Source: an uncultured virus (IMG/VR IMGVR_UViG_3300025133_000078)
Lineage: Duplodnaviria > Heunggongvirae > Uroviricota > Caudoviricetes
IMG/VR virus record: IMGVR_UViG_3300025133_000078
DNA: 64,000 nucleotides
Direction: 5' to 3' (one strand)
The position numbers and the translations under genes are program-made. This document shows, piece after piece, positions 9,585-20,600 of the stretch. Every line of letters starts with the position of its first letter. Position 1 is the first letter of the stretch. A model generated the notes under the pieces. That model made no database searches and had not been told where the DNA came from. It saw nothing but the letters and a program-made list of their open reading frames with translations.

Positions 9585-10622
9585 ATGAGACTAATGTTAC
9601 TAGGTGCGGGTGGAAACGCGGGCATAAATTTTGTTAAAAGTTTAAAAAAAGCAGACGAAAATACTTTTGTATTAGGGTTAGATTTAGATTTCTATAATTT
9701 AATATCATGTAATTCTGATCACAAAGAAATTCTCAGATTTGAAAATCAAGATGAAAAGATAGAAAAAATAAATTTTTTAATTGATAAATTTGAAATAGAT
9801 TTGATACACGCACAACCAGATCCCGAAGTCAAATTTTTATGCTCTAATAGTGAGCACTTAAAAGCAAAATGTTTTCCTCATAGTCGAACAGAGTGGGAAG
9901 TTATGTCTAACAAATTGCTTTGTGCACAGATTTGGAGAAAAAAATTAAATCTAGACTTTTCTTCGTATTCTTTAGAATTTGTTCTGAAAAATCCAGATCT
10001 GTTTTCAAACTTAGATTCGAATGGTAAAGTATGGTGCAGGGCAATAACAGGAGCTGGTTCTAAAGCTGCGCTGCCAATCACTACTTTAAAAGAGGCAGAT
10101 AATTGGGCCAATTATTGGATAAACTCTAGAAATTTAAAAAAATCAGATTTTATGCTATCAGAATTTTTAGATGGTCCGGAGTACGCAGTGCAAACTTTTT
10201 GGAAAAATGGAAAATTAATTCATTCTCAAGCGAGAGAAAGATTAATATACTTTTTTGGAAACATAATGCCATCTGGACAAAGCTCTACACCTGCTGTGGC
10301 TAAAACAATAACTAATCAAGAAGTTTATGAGATTGCCCATAAATCAATCTTAGCTATGAATGACGTTCCAAATGGTATCTATTGTGTTGACTTAAAAACC
10401 AACAGTGAAGGAAGTGTGATTCCAATGGAAATAAATTATGGTAGATTTTTTACTACTAGCGATTTCTTCGCTGAAATTGGAATTAATACTCCCCATAGTT
10501 ATTGTAGATCGGTGATGGGTGATGAAATGCTAGAAAAAGACATAAAAATAAATTCTGTAAAACAAGATATATATTGGATTAGAGGTTTGGATAAAGAGCC
10601 TTTTTTATATATTTCAAAATAA
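9585..10622 (+). CDS. ATP-grasp domain protein (carboxylate-amine ligase-like)
   Basis: GAGG N-domain, NKL, GAGSKAA loop, SEFLDGPEY, VDLK, EINYGRF. Confidence 0.85.
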   Translation: MRLMLLGAGGNAGINFVKSLKKADENTFVLGLDLDFYNLISCNSDHKEILRFENQDEKIEKINFLIDKFEIDLIHAQPDPEVKFLCSNSEHLKAKCFPHSRTEWEVMSNKLLCAQIWRKKLNLDFSSYSLEFVLKNPDLFSNLDSNGKVWCRAITGAGSKAALPITTLKEADNWANYWINSRNLKKSDFMLSEFLDGPEYAVQTFWKNGKLIHSQARERLIYFFGNIMPSGQSSTPAVAKTITNQEVYEIAHKSILAMNDVPNGIYCVDLKTNSEGSVIPMEINYGRFFTTSDFFAEIGINTPHSYCRSVMGDEMLEKDIKINSVKQDIYWIRGLDKEPFLYISK

Positions 10623-10635
10623 TGTAATTTAATCC

Positions 10636-10664
10636 TTGACAAATGGCGAATAAAGGGTTATAAT
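10636..10664 (+). promoter_or_regulatory. Consensus sigma70 promoter
   Basis: Exact TTGACA(10636-10641)-17 bp-TATAAT(10659-10664), followed by AAGGAG RBS and ATG 10686. Confidence 0.9.
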
Positions 10665-10685
10665 ATAGATACAAAGGAGATAATT

Positions 10686-10880
10686 ATGCATTTATCAAAT
10701 CAAGCAATCGGCGCAGTAATGATGGCGCTACAAAAATCATTGATGGAACAATCAGACATTGTTCCTGTCTTTCAAGAATTCGTCTTTAAAGAGACCGACG
10801 ATGGGTTGGTGGTGGAAAATCCGCCCATTTTAGAGTTTGGTCAACAAGAGGAAGAAGAACAAACAGATGCCGAGGTATAA
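10686..10880 (+). CDS. Small acidic hypothetical protein
   Basis: Strong RBS and promoter directly upstream. Confidence 0.75.
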   Translation: MHLSNQAIGAVMMALQKSLMEQSDIVPVFQEFVFKETDDGLVVENPPILEFGQQEEEEQTDAEV

Positions 10881-11127
10881 TTATCATTGCGAAGATTGCG
10901 ATGAATACTTCGAAATAAAGCACGGGATGTCGGAAAGCCTGGAGAATTGCAATATTTGCAGCTCCCAGGCCTTTCGTCGTGTTCCATCCATACCTTCTTA
11001 CATAAACAAAATCAACAAGAGTTCCGACAAAAAAGTTGGATCTGTTGTCGAAGATTACATAAAGAAGAACAAGGAATCCATTTCCGAAGAGAAGAGAAAA
11101 TTGAGAGAAAAGGAATATAAAACATGA
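10867..11127 (+). CDS. FmdB-family zinc-ribbon protein
   Basis: MPRYNYHCEDC...CNICSS pattern; start set at ATG 10867. Confidence 0.8.
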   Translation: MPRYNYHCEDCDEYFEIKHGMSESLENCNICSSQAFRRVPSIPSYINKINKSSDKKVGSVVEDYIKKNKESISEEKRKLREKEYKT

Positions 11128-11453
11128 GTTGGTTAGCAATTTCGGTCATTTTACTTTTATTGTTGACGGCGAGCTTAGTTGCCCATGGCGGGGCAGTATG
11201 GTATTTGATCAATCTACTTAAACAAGTAAAGTACTATGATGAAGAATTAACAGAAAACATCACAGTTATCAATAATTTTACCAATCATTTGAGGTCGGTC
11301 TATGAACTTGAGACTTTCTATGGTGATGAAACATTGAGACACCTACTTGCGCATGCAGAGGATTTAACCTCTGTGTTCGACCAATATCAATTATATTCCG
11401 ACAACGATATAACAGAAGAGGAATTAACTGATGACGACCCAACCGAGCCCTAA
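11124..11453 (+). CDS. Hypothetical membrane-anchored protein
   Basis: N-terminal hydrophobic helix, acidic tail; ATGA overlap with the upstream gene. Confidence 0.7.
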   Translation: MSWLAISVILLLLLTASLVAHGGAVWYLINLLKQVKYYDEELTENITVINNFTNHLRSVYELETFYGDETLRHLLAHAEDLTSVFDQYQLYSDNDITEEELTDDDPTEP

Positions 11454-12156
11454 GCCGAAAAAACGACGTAGAATTAAAAGAAGCAAAAATTCAAGAAATT
11501 ATTTTACGAAAGTCAACGAAGACGCGATTATTGAGTATAATAACTCAACAGATCTAAAGCGAAGAGAGGAACTTTATAGAACTTTAATTCAGAAGCCACT
11601 CGGTGAAATGGTGGATAAAATAGTTTTTACATACAGGTTCACAACTCTTCCAAACATAGATACTTTGCGCGAAGACTGCAAAGTTTGGCTCACGACCGTT
11701 CTTGATAAATTCAAGCCAGAAAAGGGCTCAAAAGCCTTTTCTTACTTCTCTGTGATCACAAAAAATTGGTTTATTCAGAAAGTAAAGAAAAATAAAAGGA
11801 GCCGACAAAGAGAAATAGAATTCCAGGATCTTTCAAAAGAAATGGAATTAAAATATGTCGCCGTAGAAATGGATTACGACGAAATAAGAGAAAAAGAAGA
11901 GTTTTGGGCCCACCTATGGAAGGAAATAGAGGGCTGGGACAAGATGAAGCTCCGAGAAAATGAAAGGAAAGTTCTTGAGGCCATAAAAATTATCCTAAGT
12001 TCGCCAGATGATATAGAAATTTTTAATAAGAAGGCTATTTATTTGTACATAAGGGAAATAACCGGATTGAATACAAAGCAAATTGTAAATTGTTTAAACA
12101 AGATGCGGCACCGGTATAAAATTTTTAAAACTAAGTGGGACCGTGGAGACTTATGA
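11431..12156 (+). CDS. Phage-encoded sigma factor (gp55-like late transcription sigma)
   Basis: NYFT..EDAIIEYN and KFKPEKGSKAFSYFSVITKN (sigma region 2), C-terminal helix-turn-helix-like segment. Confidence 0.75.
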   Translation: MTTQPSPKPKKRRRIKRSKNSRNYFTKVNEDAIIEYNNSTDLKRREELYRTLIQKPLGEMVDKIVFTYRFTTLPNIDTLREDCKVWLTTVLDKFKPEKGSKAFSYFSVITKNWFIQKVKKNKRSRQREIEFQDLSKEMELKYVAVEMDYDEIREKEEFWAHLWKEIEGWDKMKLRENERKVLEAIKIILSSPDDIEIFNKKAIYLYIREITGLNTKQIVNCLNKMRHRYKIFKTKWDRGDL

Positions 12157-12446
12157 AAAAGCTCGAAAAATATATTACTGAAGCAATTGATAATGTCCGA
12201 AAAGACAGGGATATCACCCGTCGTCTGCTGGATGATGTAATGATTTATCTAAGCAAGAGCGACGAGAGACACCGCGAAGTCGGCATGACAGCCGCCAAAT
12301 ATGTCGAGACATTGCAGAGATCCAACGAGCAGCTAGTAAAGGTCGCCGGCCTCATCCAAAAGCACGAAAAGAAGGACAATGGCCTTTCAGAAGACGATAA
12401 AGCCGATATTTTTGATTTGCTTCAGAAGGGAGGCGAAGTTGAATAA
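12153..12446 (+). CDS. Hypothetical helical phage protein
   Basis: GGAGA RBS, ATGA overlap at 12153. Confidence 0.7.
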   Translation: MKKLEKYITEAIDNVRKDRDITRRLLDDVMIYLSKSDERHREVGMTAAKYVETLQRSNEQLVKVAGLIQKHEKKDNGLSEDDKADIFDLLQKGGEVE

Positions 12447-13681
12447 TGGGGTTTTTAGATTATTTAAATATTGGCTCTTGGATAATTGGAGATCCCTCCG
12501 ATAAATTCGACAGGACCAACGTTAATCAAGGGATATTTCAAGCCCGCGAGAGTATAACTCAAGCGCTATCTCAAAAAAATCCACTTCTAGAAAGCAATTC
12601 ATTCTCGGCTCTGGTTCTTTGGGTTTCCAACCCGGTTTTGGAAGTTACGCCGACGCTGCCCCTCTCAAATAAGCCCGGTTTTCTCGAATATAATTATGTA
12701 CAAATTCCGAGCACAAAAATAAAAATATATTTCAGAGTCCCAGTATTACATTCCAATCTCCCTCTCCCCAATTCCTTCCACCCGGAATATAAATCTACGC
12801 TTTCCAATTTAAAGCCGGAAGATCAAAATGAGTTGTTGATTTCCTGCCACCCTAGCTTGTATGCAGATTTTTCCGAATTTTCAAATATAATTCCTGGTGA
12901 TATTATAAAAATCGAATTCGATGATAAGACATATAGTAGTGCAAAATTGGTGGAATTAGAGAAAAAGGGAATTAATAACATTGAAATTAAAACTAATTTC
13001 ACATCCTCAATTGTAGATATATTCGATGACGCCGCCGAAACAGCAATTTTGGGATCCCCAGATGAAAAAAAATATACCAACGTTATTTACGAGTTAGAAG
13101 ATAAATTAGAAAAAGTGGGCAATATCATCCACACCGCCGGCTGGCCCATGACGACTTCCGCTGTCGACACTGAATATAAAAGATGGCAAAAAGGCGCTTT
13201 AAAGGAAACAAATTCCGGCGCCTACCCGTATCTTAAGGAATACTGGGATAATATCGGCATCACTGAATGGACTCCTGCTGGAACTCCGTGGTCTGCTGCG
13301 TTTATTAGTTTTCTTTTAAGAAGTTCTGGATTTCCTGGCGCTTCTTCCCACAGGAGTTACACTAAAAAAATAATAGAAAGAGATACACCTTGGTCTGCTT
13401 ATTCTGTGCCAAAGAATAAGGGAAGAATAAGAGTGGGAATTGGAGACGTAGTGGTCGCTGCCCGTGGAGACGGATCCGTAGATGATTATAAAAAAACCCA
13501 CGGCGATGTGGTTTATAAAATCGAAACCTCTTCGTCCGGCTTTAAGGCTTATACTGCCGGCGGCAACTTGGGCAATACAGCTAAAGACGGCACTCCTCTC
13601 TCACTTGACGGTGAAAAAAATCTTTTAAATGCTGGGAAATATGTTATAATACTCAAATATGGCAGCCTAATCGCCGTGTAA
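12446..13681 (+). CDS. Baseplate-associated protein with C-terminal DUF2272/CHAP-like hydrolase domain
   Basis: PWSAAFISF, GDVV, HGDVV, GGN motifs; first gene of the baseplate block. Confidence 0.65.
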   Translation: MGFLDYLNIGSWIIGDPSDKFDRTNVNQGIFQARESITQALSQKNPLLESNSFSALVLWVSNPVLEVTPTLPLSNKPGFLEYNYVQIPSTKIKIYFRVPVLHSNLPLPNSFHPEYKSTLSNLKPEDQNELLISCHPSLYADFSEFSNIIPGDIIKIEFDDKTYSSAKLVELEKKGINNIEIKTNFTSSIVDIFDDAAETAILGSPDEKKYTNVIYELEDKLEKVGNIIHTAGWPMTTSAVDTEYKRWQKGALKETNSGAYPYLKEYWDNIGITEWTPAGTPWSAAFISFLLRSSGFPGASSHRSYTKKIIERDTPWSAYSVPKNKGRIRVGIGDVVVAARGDGSVDDYKKTHGDVVYKIETSSSGFKAYTAGGNLGNTAKDGTPLSLDGEKNLLNAGKYVIILKYGSLIAV

Positions 13682-13706
13682 GACGCGTATAAAAGGAGGT
13701 AAATAA

Positions 13707-14666
13707 ATGGGCGAAGAAGAATCAAAAGTAAGAAATCAAGAAAACCTGCAAGAACCTGTCCGCGCAGCAGCACAAAATAATCCCAATAAATCGGCTGGCC
13801 TAGATGGCAATTTTATTTGCGAACCTGTCCCTTTTTATGATAAGACAGAGACAGAGACGGTTATCAAAAACAATAATAACGCCTGGATTGTCCTCGGCCG
13901 AGACCGCCCATCGACGCCAGGATCGGGCTATGGGGGCCCAGGCGGTACCCAATGCGCCGCGATCGACATCGTCGCCGGAAGAATGTCTTCCGTTAAGGGA
14001 GGTCCCAAATCAGATACTTGGGTTAGTCCGAATTTCACCTCCGATGCGGCAAGAATTTATATCAGTCAGCGAACCAATATTGATGAGAATATGGACTTAG
14101 TTGCTGGCGGAGTCGGAATATCAAAAGGAAGATCGGCAATAGGCCTAAAAGCAGATGCTGTTAGAATTGTTGGAAGAGAGGGAATAAAGTTGGTTACGAA
14201 TACCGATAAGAAGAATTCCCAAGGCGGAGATATCAATTCAACTTACGGAATTGATCTCATCGCGGGAAATGACGATGCTGAATTAAGCGGCCCGCTGCAA
14301 AGTTTTGAGAATAACGACGTTAATTTTCTTCAGCCACTAATAAAGGGAGAAAATTTGACCCAAGCGCTAGATGAATTAGCAGACCAGTTGGGAGACTTGG
14401 CGACAAGATTTGATAAATTCAGCGCTGCTCAGGTCGAACTCAACACCGCACTCCTAACTCACACTCACCTTATTCCGCCGCTTCCTTTTCTGGCCATACC
14501 ATCAGTAGATTTAGTCGGCCCATGGATTAACACAAAGATTAAACAAATTATAAATTCATCTTCAAAAGCTCTGCCTCAATTGAATAATGTATCAACTTGG
14601 AAGGCCAATTATTTGTTATCAACGGGCGACAGGTGGATCTGTAGTCGCCATAATAGGACAACATAA
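13707..14666 (+). CDS. Putative baseplate central spike protein
   Basis: Beta-rich repeats and an HTH (HxH) metal-tip motif; AAGGAGG RBS; lies upstream of gp25. Confidence 0.55.
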   Translation: MGEEESKVRNQENLQEPVRAAAQNNPNKSAGLDGNFICEPVPFYDKTETETVIKNNNNAWIVLGRDRPSTPGSGYGGPGGTQCAAIDIVAGRMSSVKGGPKSDTWVSPNFTSDAARIYISQRTNIDENMDLVAGGVGISKGRSAIGLKADAVRIVGREGIKLVTNTDKKNSQGGDINSTYGIDLIAGNDDAELSGPLQSFENNDVNFLQPLIKGENLTQALDELADQLGDLATRFDKFSAAQVELNTALLTHTHLIPPLPFLAIPSVDLVGPWINTKIKQIINSSSKALPQLNNVSTWKANYLLSTGDRWICSRHNRTT

Positions 14667-17600
14667 TGAGTGTATTTGATGACATAGCTGAAAAGGTAGC
14701 AAGCTACAGTGCAATGCGCCGCCCACTTGATAGGTTGGCTATTAAAGACAAATTAACTCTCTCTACTGCGGAAAAAGGATTCATTGAAAGATCGAGATGG
14801 GATCCCATCGGCGTCTACGGAGTAAGAAAAGAAGAGATCTCCTCCAACATTGGCGGCGCCGCCGATTATGAGATCGCAGAATTTAACTATTATAATTTAG
14901 GGCTGGCCACGAAGGGTTGGTCCAATACCAATTTTCGAGACGGCGTGAATATTCGTTGGGCAAAAGAAAAACTAAAAGAAATTGGAAGTGAAGATTTTAC
15001 GAGGCTTTTCGGAGATAAATTATGGAACGCCGTAAAAGAGACCTCGATTAGGCAAAATACCCAATCTCTCTTTTCTCCTGAAGATCTTTTTTACTTTTAT
15101 GCCGGCGCTATACAGAGACTTATAGATCCGAGATGGGAGAAATATAATATATTGGCTATGACCAATACAGCCGGCCCCTTCTCCCTGGTCGACCAATGGA
15201 GATTCGAAACTCTCAGAAAAATGGTTCCCGACGTTTTTGAAGGCCTCGTAGAGACTCATGATGATGATAACAACAGTGGAACATTTTCTGGAATTTTTAA
15301 TCTAGGTCCCCACTCCATACCCGCCCCTCTTGACGAGGGTTACGACATATTTTCCTCGGGCCGATTTGATGATGCGGCAGCTAAAATATTTTGGTACCGT
15401 GCATTTGGATCATCAGTTTCTGTTACTTTATCGTCAAGTGGATTGCACAAAGGCTATAGCGCCAATACCGTCTCTTCTTCTCCGGGCTACGGCACAACAC
15501 CGACAGAAGACAACCTCCTGATAGGCGAATTGTGGCCCTCGAAGGATATATACGGACTTTTTGATTTAGAGATGATTCTAAATTTGAGAGATGACATCGA
15601 GGCAAACGAGGATTTATACAGGGATTATTACTCTACTTGGGAGAATGTTGCACAATCCTTTAGTGTGAAAACTTTCATGGGCCCTGGAGCAGGCCTAACT
15701 TTCGAACAGACTTTAAAATTTTGGCAAGTATTTATTGAAAAATATCTTGAAGGCGATATCGATCAGGCATTGTTGGAGCAATTAGAGAGAGAAGGGAAAG
15801 AGCAAGCAGATCTTTTCATTTTCAATCCAGATATGTGTGAGATTCTAACAGAAGAAGCAGTAAAAGATCCGTGCCCCCCTCCGTGTGTACCCAATCCAGA
15901 TGCCATAACAATTGATTGGACAAGGGCGCCCAACGAACAACCATTTTTAAATGAGAAAACGTGTGAATATTGGGTACCGATAACAACAGAATATGAAAAT
16001 GTCAATGAGAGGCCAGCAACAGCGATAGTCAACGAACAAATAGAACCTGGAATGAAGCTAATCTTAGACTTCGTGGGTAAAGAATCAACTGAAGATATCA
16101 TTTTATCTCTTTTTTCTCAAATCACAACAGATTATTTTGTAGATTTCCGGACAAAATCTAAAGTAAAAGTCCTAATCAAGCTCCCCTTCGACGCTGCTTT
16201 CGCGCTAGAGAGCAAGGAGCCCAAGACGGAAGATGAAACAACCGATTCTTCAGAGTTTCCCCTCAATGTTGTCCTGACAGCAAAGGATATTAGAGGAAAC
16301 GGCTCCATGTTGAACTTGGTTAGTCGCGCAATAGGTAATAAATACTCACAGCAATACGAAATTCTAAGATACCGGGGAGAAATGTCAGGTATCCCGCAGG
16401 ATATTATGCTAAAAAAGGAAGGAGATCGAATAAGACAATTTAAAACAGCTCTAATTGATCTTCTGAAAGATCAAAATTTTAAATTTAATCCGACAAGGAA
16501 AAAAACCGGAGTGCTTGAGGCCGTCGAAATAGGCTTCAAAGAGGAATTTAAGGGCATAGAGTATGTAAAAGCCAACAATATAGGCTGTGAAGCTTCCGAA
16601 TTGGGTATAAACAAGGAGGGAGTAGTCGAAGGAGGAGCCGGCTGGAAGTCCTTTTTGAAAAAATCGGTCGTCAATTATCCCACTACTCTAGCTTTTATGG
16701 CAAATATTCCCTCAATCTACGAAAATGTTACTGCCGATAGCCCAATGGTCGTAGATTTATTCCTAAAATCATACTTTTTCCCAAGAATTGAGGAAACTAT
16801 AGGTCAAGAACTGACAATGACCGAGGAGTTTGTCGATGAAGGCGGCTGCAACACCGCAGAAATGGTCGCTAATTTACTCAAGCCGGCTGCAATACTTGGA
16901 TCTGAGGTGGCAGGCACGGCTTTATCCTTCCCGGAATTGTTTTTCAAGTCAACCCCGCAAAAAACATGCCTCACTCTTGAGGGAAAAAAACAGCGCGATG
17001 CAAAATATAAGGTGCTTAAAGACGTTGAGGAAAGGTGGAAAGACGCCGAGCTGAGAGAGCTGTTCACCGGCGATGCCGTTTTCGAAGATTTACCACACAA
17101 ACTCGATGAAGTCAACAATCTGAAGGAATTATATTCAGAAATACTGAATAAACTTGGAGTTTGTGGTCTTTCCGCTCTTGCCAAAGGAGCCATGAGCTGT
17201 TTACTGAAAGGTTTAGATATCGAGGTTTCGATGTCGGTTCTGGTCAAGTCTTTCATCAAAGGCGCCACAGATAAAGAGATGGAAAATGTGTTTTTCGCCC
17301 TTCATCCGGGATTGCAACAGTTTGTTCGCGATTCAGTGGCAGAAATAACGTCAATTCCCCTACCATGGGAAGCTGGATATCGCCCCGGAAGCTATCAGGC
17401 CGCCGGCGTTAAATATTCCGCCGATTATTCCGCTGCATCCGGCTCTATAGAGACGAGGCTGGAGAAATCTGAAGAAAAAGACCCAGAAAAGTTAAAACTA
17501 AAAACCGACGAAGAAGAAAATCTCAAAAGATTCCGCGCAAGAACAAAAACAACAATTCAAGAACAGGAAGACAAATTCAAATCATCTGATCCTGTACCAT

Positions 17601-20600
17601 CTGGCGAATTGGACGCTGATGGAAATGAAATAATGGTGGCCCCGCCAGATAGAGTCTCGGCAGCCCCAGGACTCGGCCCGCGCTCCTTTGCCGGCCCGTT
17701 TGCACACGCAGGGTCGGTTGGTACGGCATTGGATGCAGTTCAAGATAATGCCATAGAACACTTAAAAACAGCCCTTCTAAAGGCAATTGCAGAAGAAATA
17801 ATTTCACCAGCTGCAATAATGAGTCTTGTCGACAAGATTCCTGGCGCAGAGTTACTCAAAGGTTCAATTTCAGAAACTCTAGAGTGTCCTTTCCCTCCGC
17901 TATTCTCGCCTCCGCTCGATGACATACTAAAGACGCTAGAACTAGATTTTTGTAAAGGCCATTATGCGATAACACTACCCGTTATAAGAAAATTCAAAAT
18001 TAGGCCGTTCCTGGGCGACATAAAAACCATTCTCATCGAAGCTGCCGAAGATGCACTTGAAAAGTTAGTAGCAAAAGCTATGATCACGATACTCAAAAAA
18101 ATATTGACTGTCTCGCTAAATGCTTCTTGTGAAGTTTTGAGGGACGCAGCTGCAACCGCCAACGCCATCGCAGGCGGATCTGAGTTCAGAGAAATAGTAG
18201 CCGAAAATATTTGCGGAGACAGCCTAAACGATGAAGAATTAAACGCCTCTTTGAATAAACTGAATGAGTCTCTCGGGTCGCTCGGTCTCCCTGGGGCCCC
18301 AAAGCCCACCGATCAAGATATGGGCGATTTTATGGACGGCGTCTCGGCCATCCTGAATCAGCAAGAGCTTTTGGAACTTTTGGAGGGAGAACCCACTCCC
18401 CAAGCAGTTGCATATGTCAGGCAAATCGTCAATGGGATCCCCAACCTAGCTATCGCGCTACCAACTGATGATCACATCCGAAATTTATTTGCAGGAATGG
18501 GGAGAGTTTTCGATAGAAGGAAAATAAGAGACAGAATCAAGTCCACCTCCTACAAGCCAATCAGTCCCTCGGTCTGTGCAAGCCCAGAACATCTGATAAT
18601 GTTTAACGATATTCGTTGTTCCATCTTGGCGGAGAAAGGGGTGACTCCTGAGCAATGCGAAGAACAGCTTGAAAATCTAAAAGATAGGGCCCTCCTTGAT
18701 TTCGAAGACCTTGCTGATGTTTTAAATCAAAATTATTTCGGGGATCTGGACATATTAGGCGATCCAACATGCCCAGGAAGTGGAATATACCCCAGCGAAG
18801 ACCCAGAAACAAAAAAGCAAACACAAGAAATGTTTAGTTCTACCGATGCTGCGATAAACTCTGTTTTTATGACAGAATTATTGACCCGACGAGGGATGCT
18901 AAATATGATTCTTGCTGACACAAACGGCGCCGGATTCAAGAGGCACAACGAATTCTGGGTTAGCTTATTCGGTCAGTCACTAAGCGAGGATTTGGGAATT
19001 TTAGGATTTTATGCAGATTACCAAACCACCGACCCGACCGCGCCTGCAACACCCCTCTACGGGTTACTCCAAGAGGACGGCCACGCTGTTGGGATATACC
19101 CCGACAAAGTAGCGCCCTATTTACAGGAAATCTTAGCAGGAACTCTCAATGTTGACTTCGAACTGTCCGAAGATCCAAATTTAAGTTTAAAATTTGACAA
19201 CTGGGACACCGACTTCGTCGCGCCCAGATTTGTCAAGGTAGATTATAATTATCAAAAAGATAATGACACAATAATCAATATCAAGATTTATTCGGAGGAT
19301 GATAAGTTCGGCCCCCCTCTGGAATTCGATGCCGTCCAGTCTTACGACCCGGATACACTGGAAAATATAATAAATCTTGAAGGATCGTCGCCAAATGCCC
19401 CATACCGCCCACTAGATACAACAAACCAGGCCTATATTTTTGGAAACCTTTTGGTATCTAGTTGGAGCCCGTATACAACCAACCAGTCTTCCGATAGAAA
19501 CTCCTTTTTCTCAAAGGGGCTTTATGAATACTTAACTACTAAGATTATTGAGAAATTTGCTTTTAAGATTTCGGAGAATGTGAGAACATTTAATTTTGGA
19601 TACGACCCAAATGCTGAAGCAAAAGTTGTTGAATTGAATCATGAAGAATACGGAGGAACAGAAAAGAATCCAGCCTTCTATGTTGAACCTCCAAAATACA
19701 GCGGCTGGCTAGGCTTGTACGATAAAATAATTCCAGAAATAGAGGACTGCGACCGCAAGCCAATTCTAAATTTCGATTCGATATCGAAACAGACTTCAGA
19801 ATATAACGACAAACTAAAAGATGATCCAAGACTCCAGATCCCAGCTGCATGCGCAATTGACTCCGAGAGGCCTTTTGACAGGATTATGCCAAGAGAATCC
19901 CTAGCGGGTACAGACGGAGCCATAAGATCAACGGTCCGTCTATATGTTATGGAAACTTTCCTGAAGGGGCTTCCATCATTTTCTCTGTTTGATCCAAAAT
20001 TTCCACAAGTTTATAATGACACATTATCTGGTTATATCGCCGAGAAGATGAAAACAGGCCTATTGAATACAGGTCTAAACTTCAAAAAGAAAAAGAGTAG
20101 AAAAATTTATTATTATAAATTTTTGGAAGAAGTTGTTCAAAATTTTGGTAAAAAAGTAGATATTGGGGACATAGTTCCAAACGCCGCACAGATATCTGCA
20201 ATGGAATCTATAAATAATCTTCAAGAGAAGTGGAGAAAGCCACCAAGGAAGCCGAGAATAACTTATCCCAAGAGACTAAGGGATAAATGGACATCTCAAG
20301 TAGCACATGTTGAACCTTCTTGTTTAATCCTACTAAATCACTACATTTCAGAACAAATAGAGGAGGTAGGGAAGCTCTTTAGTGATTCCCTTAAGCCCTC
20401 TATCCCAAATCTTGAAAGTTGGATTTTTGGATCACCAGACTGGATGGTTGCTGGGGCAATTTCCGGAGGGGGTCCTATGGATGTCGCCACAAACCCCTTA
20501 GACCCCTTGGATCCAACAACCGTCGCTATCCTCGCCCTAGAGCCCGGGTATACTATTTCTATCGGAAGTTCAGAGCCATATGCAGAAGGATATTTCCCCT

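Noticed and set aside
3570..10622. Bacterial O-antigen locus, prophage boundary or transposon
   Set aside because: Flanked on both sides by phage-like genes and translationally coupled to the upstream GT; no wzx/wzy, integrase, transposase or att repeats seen
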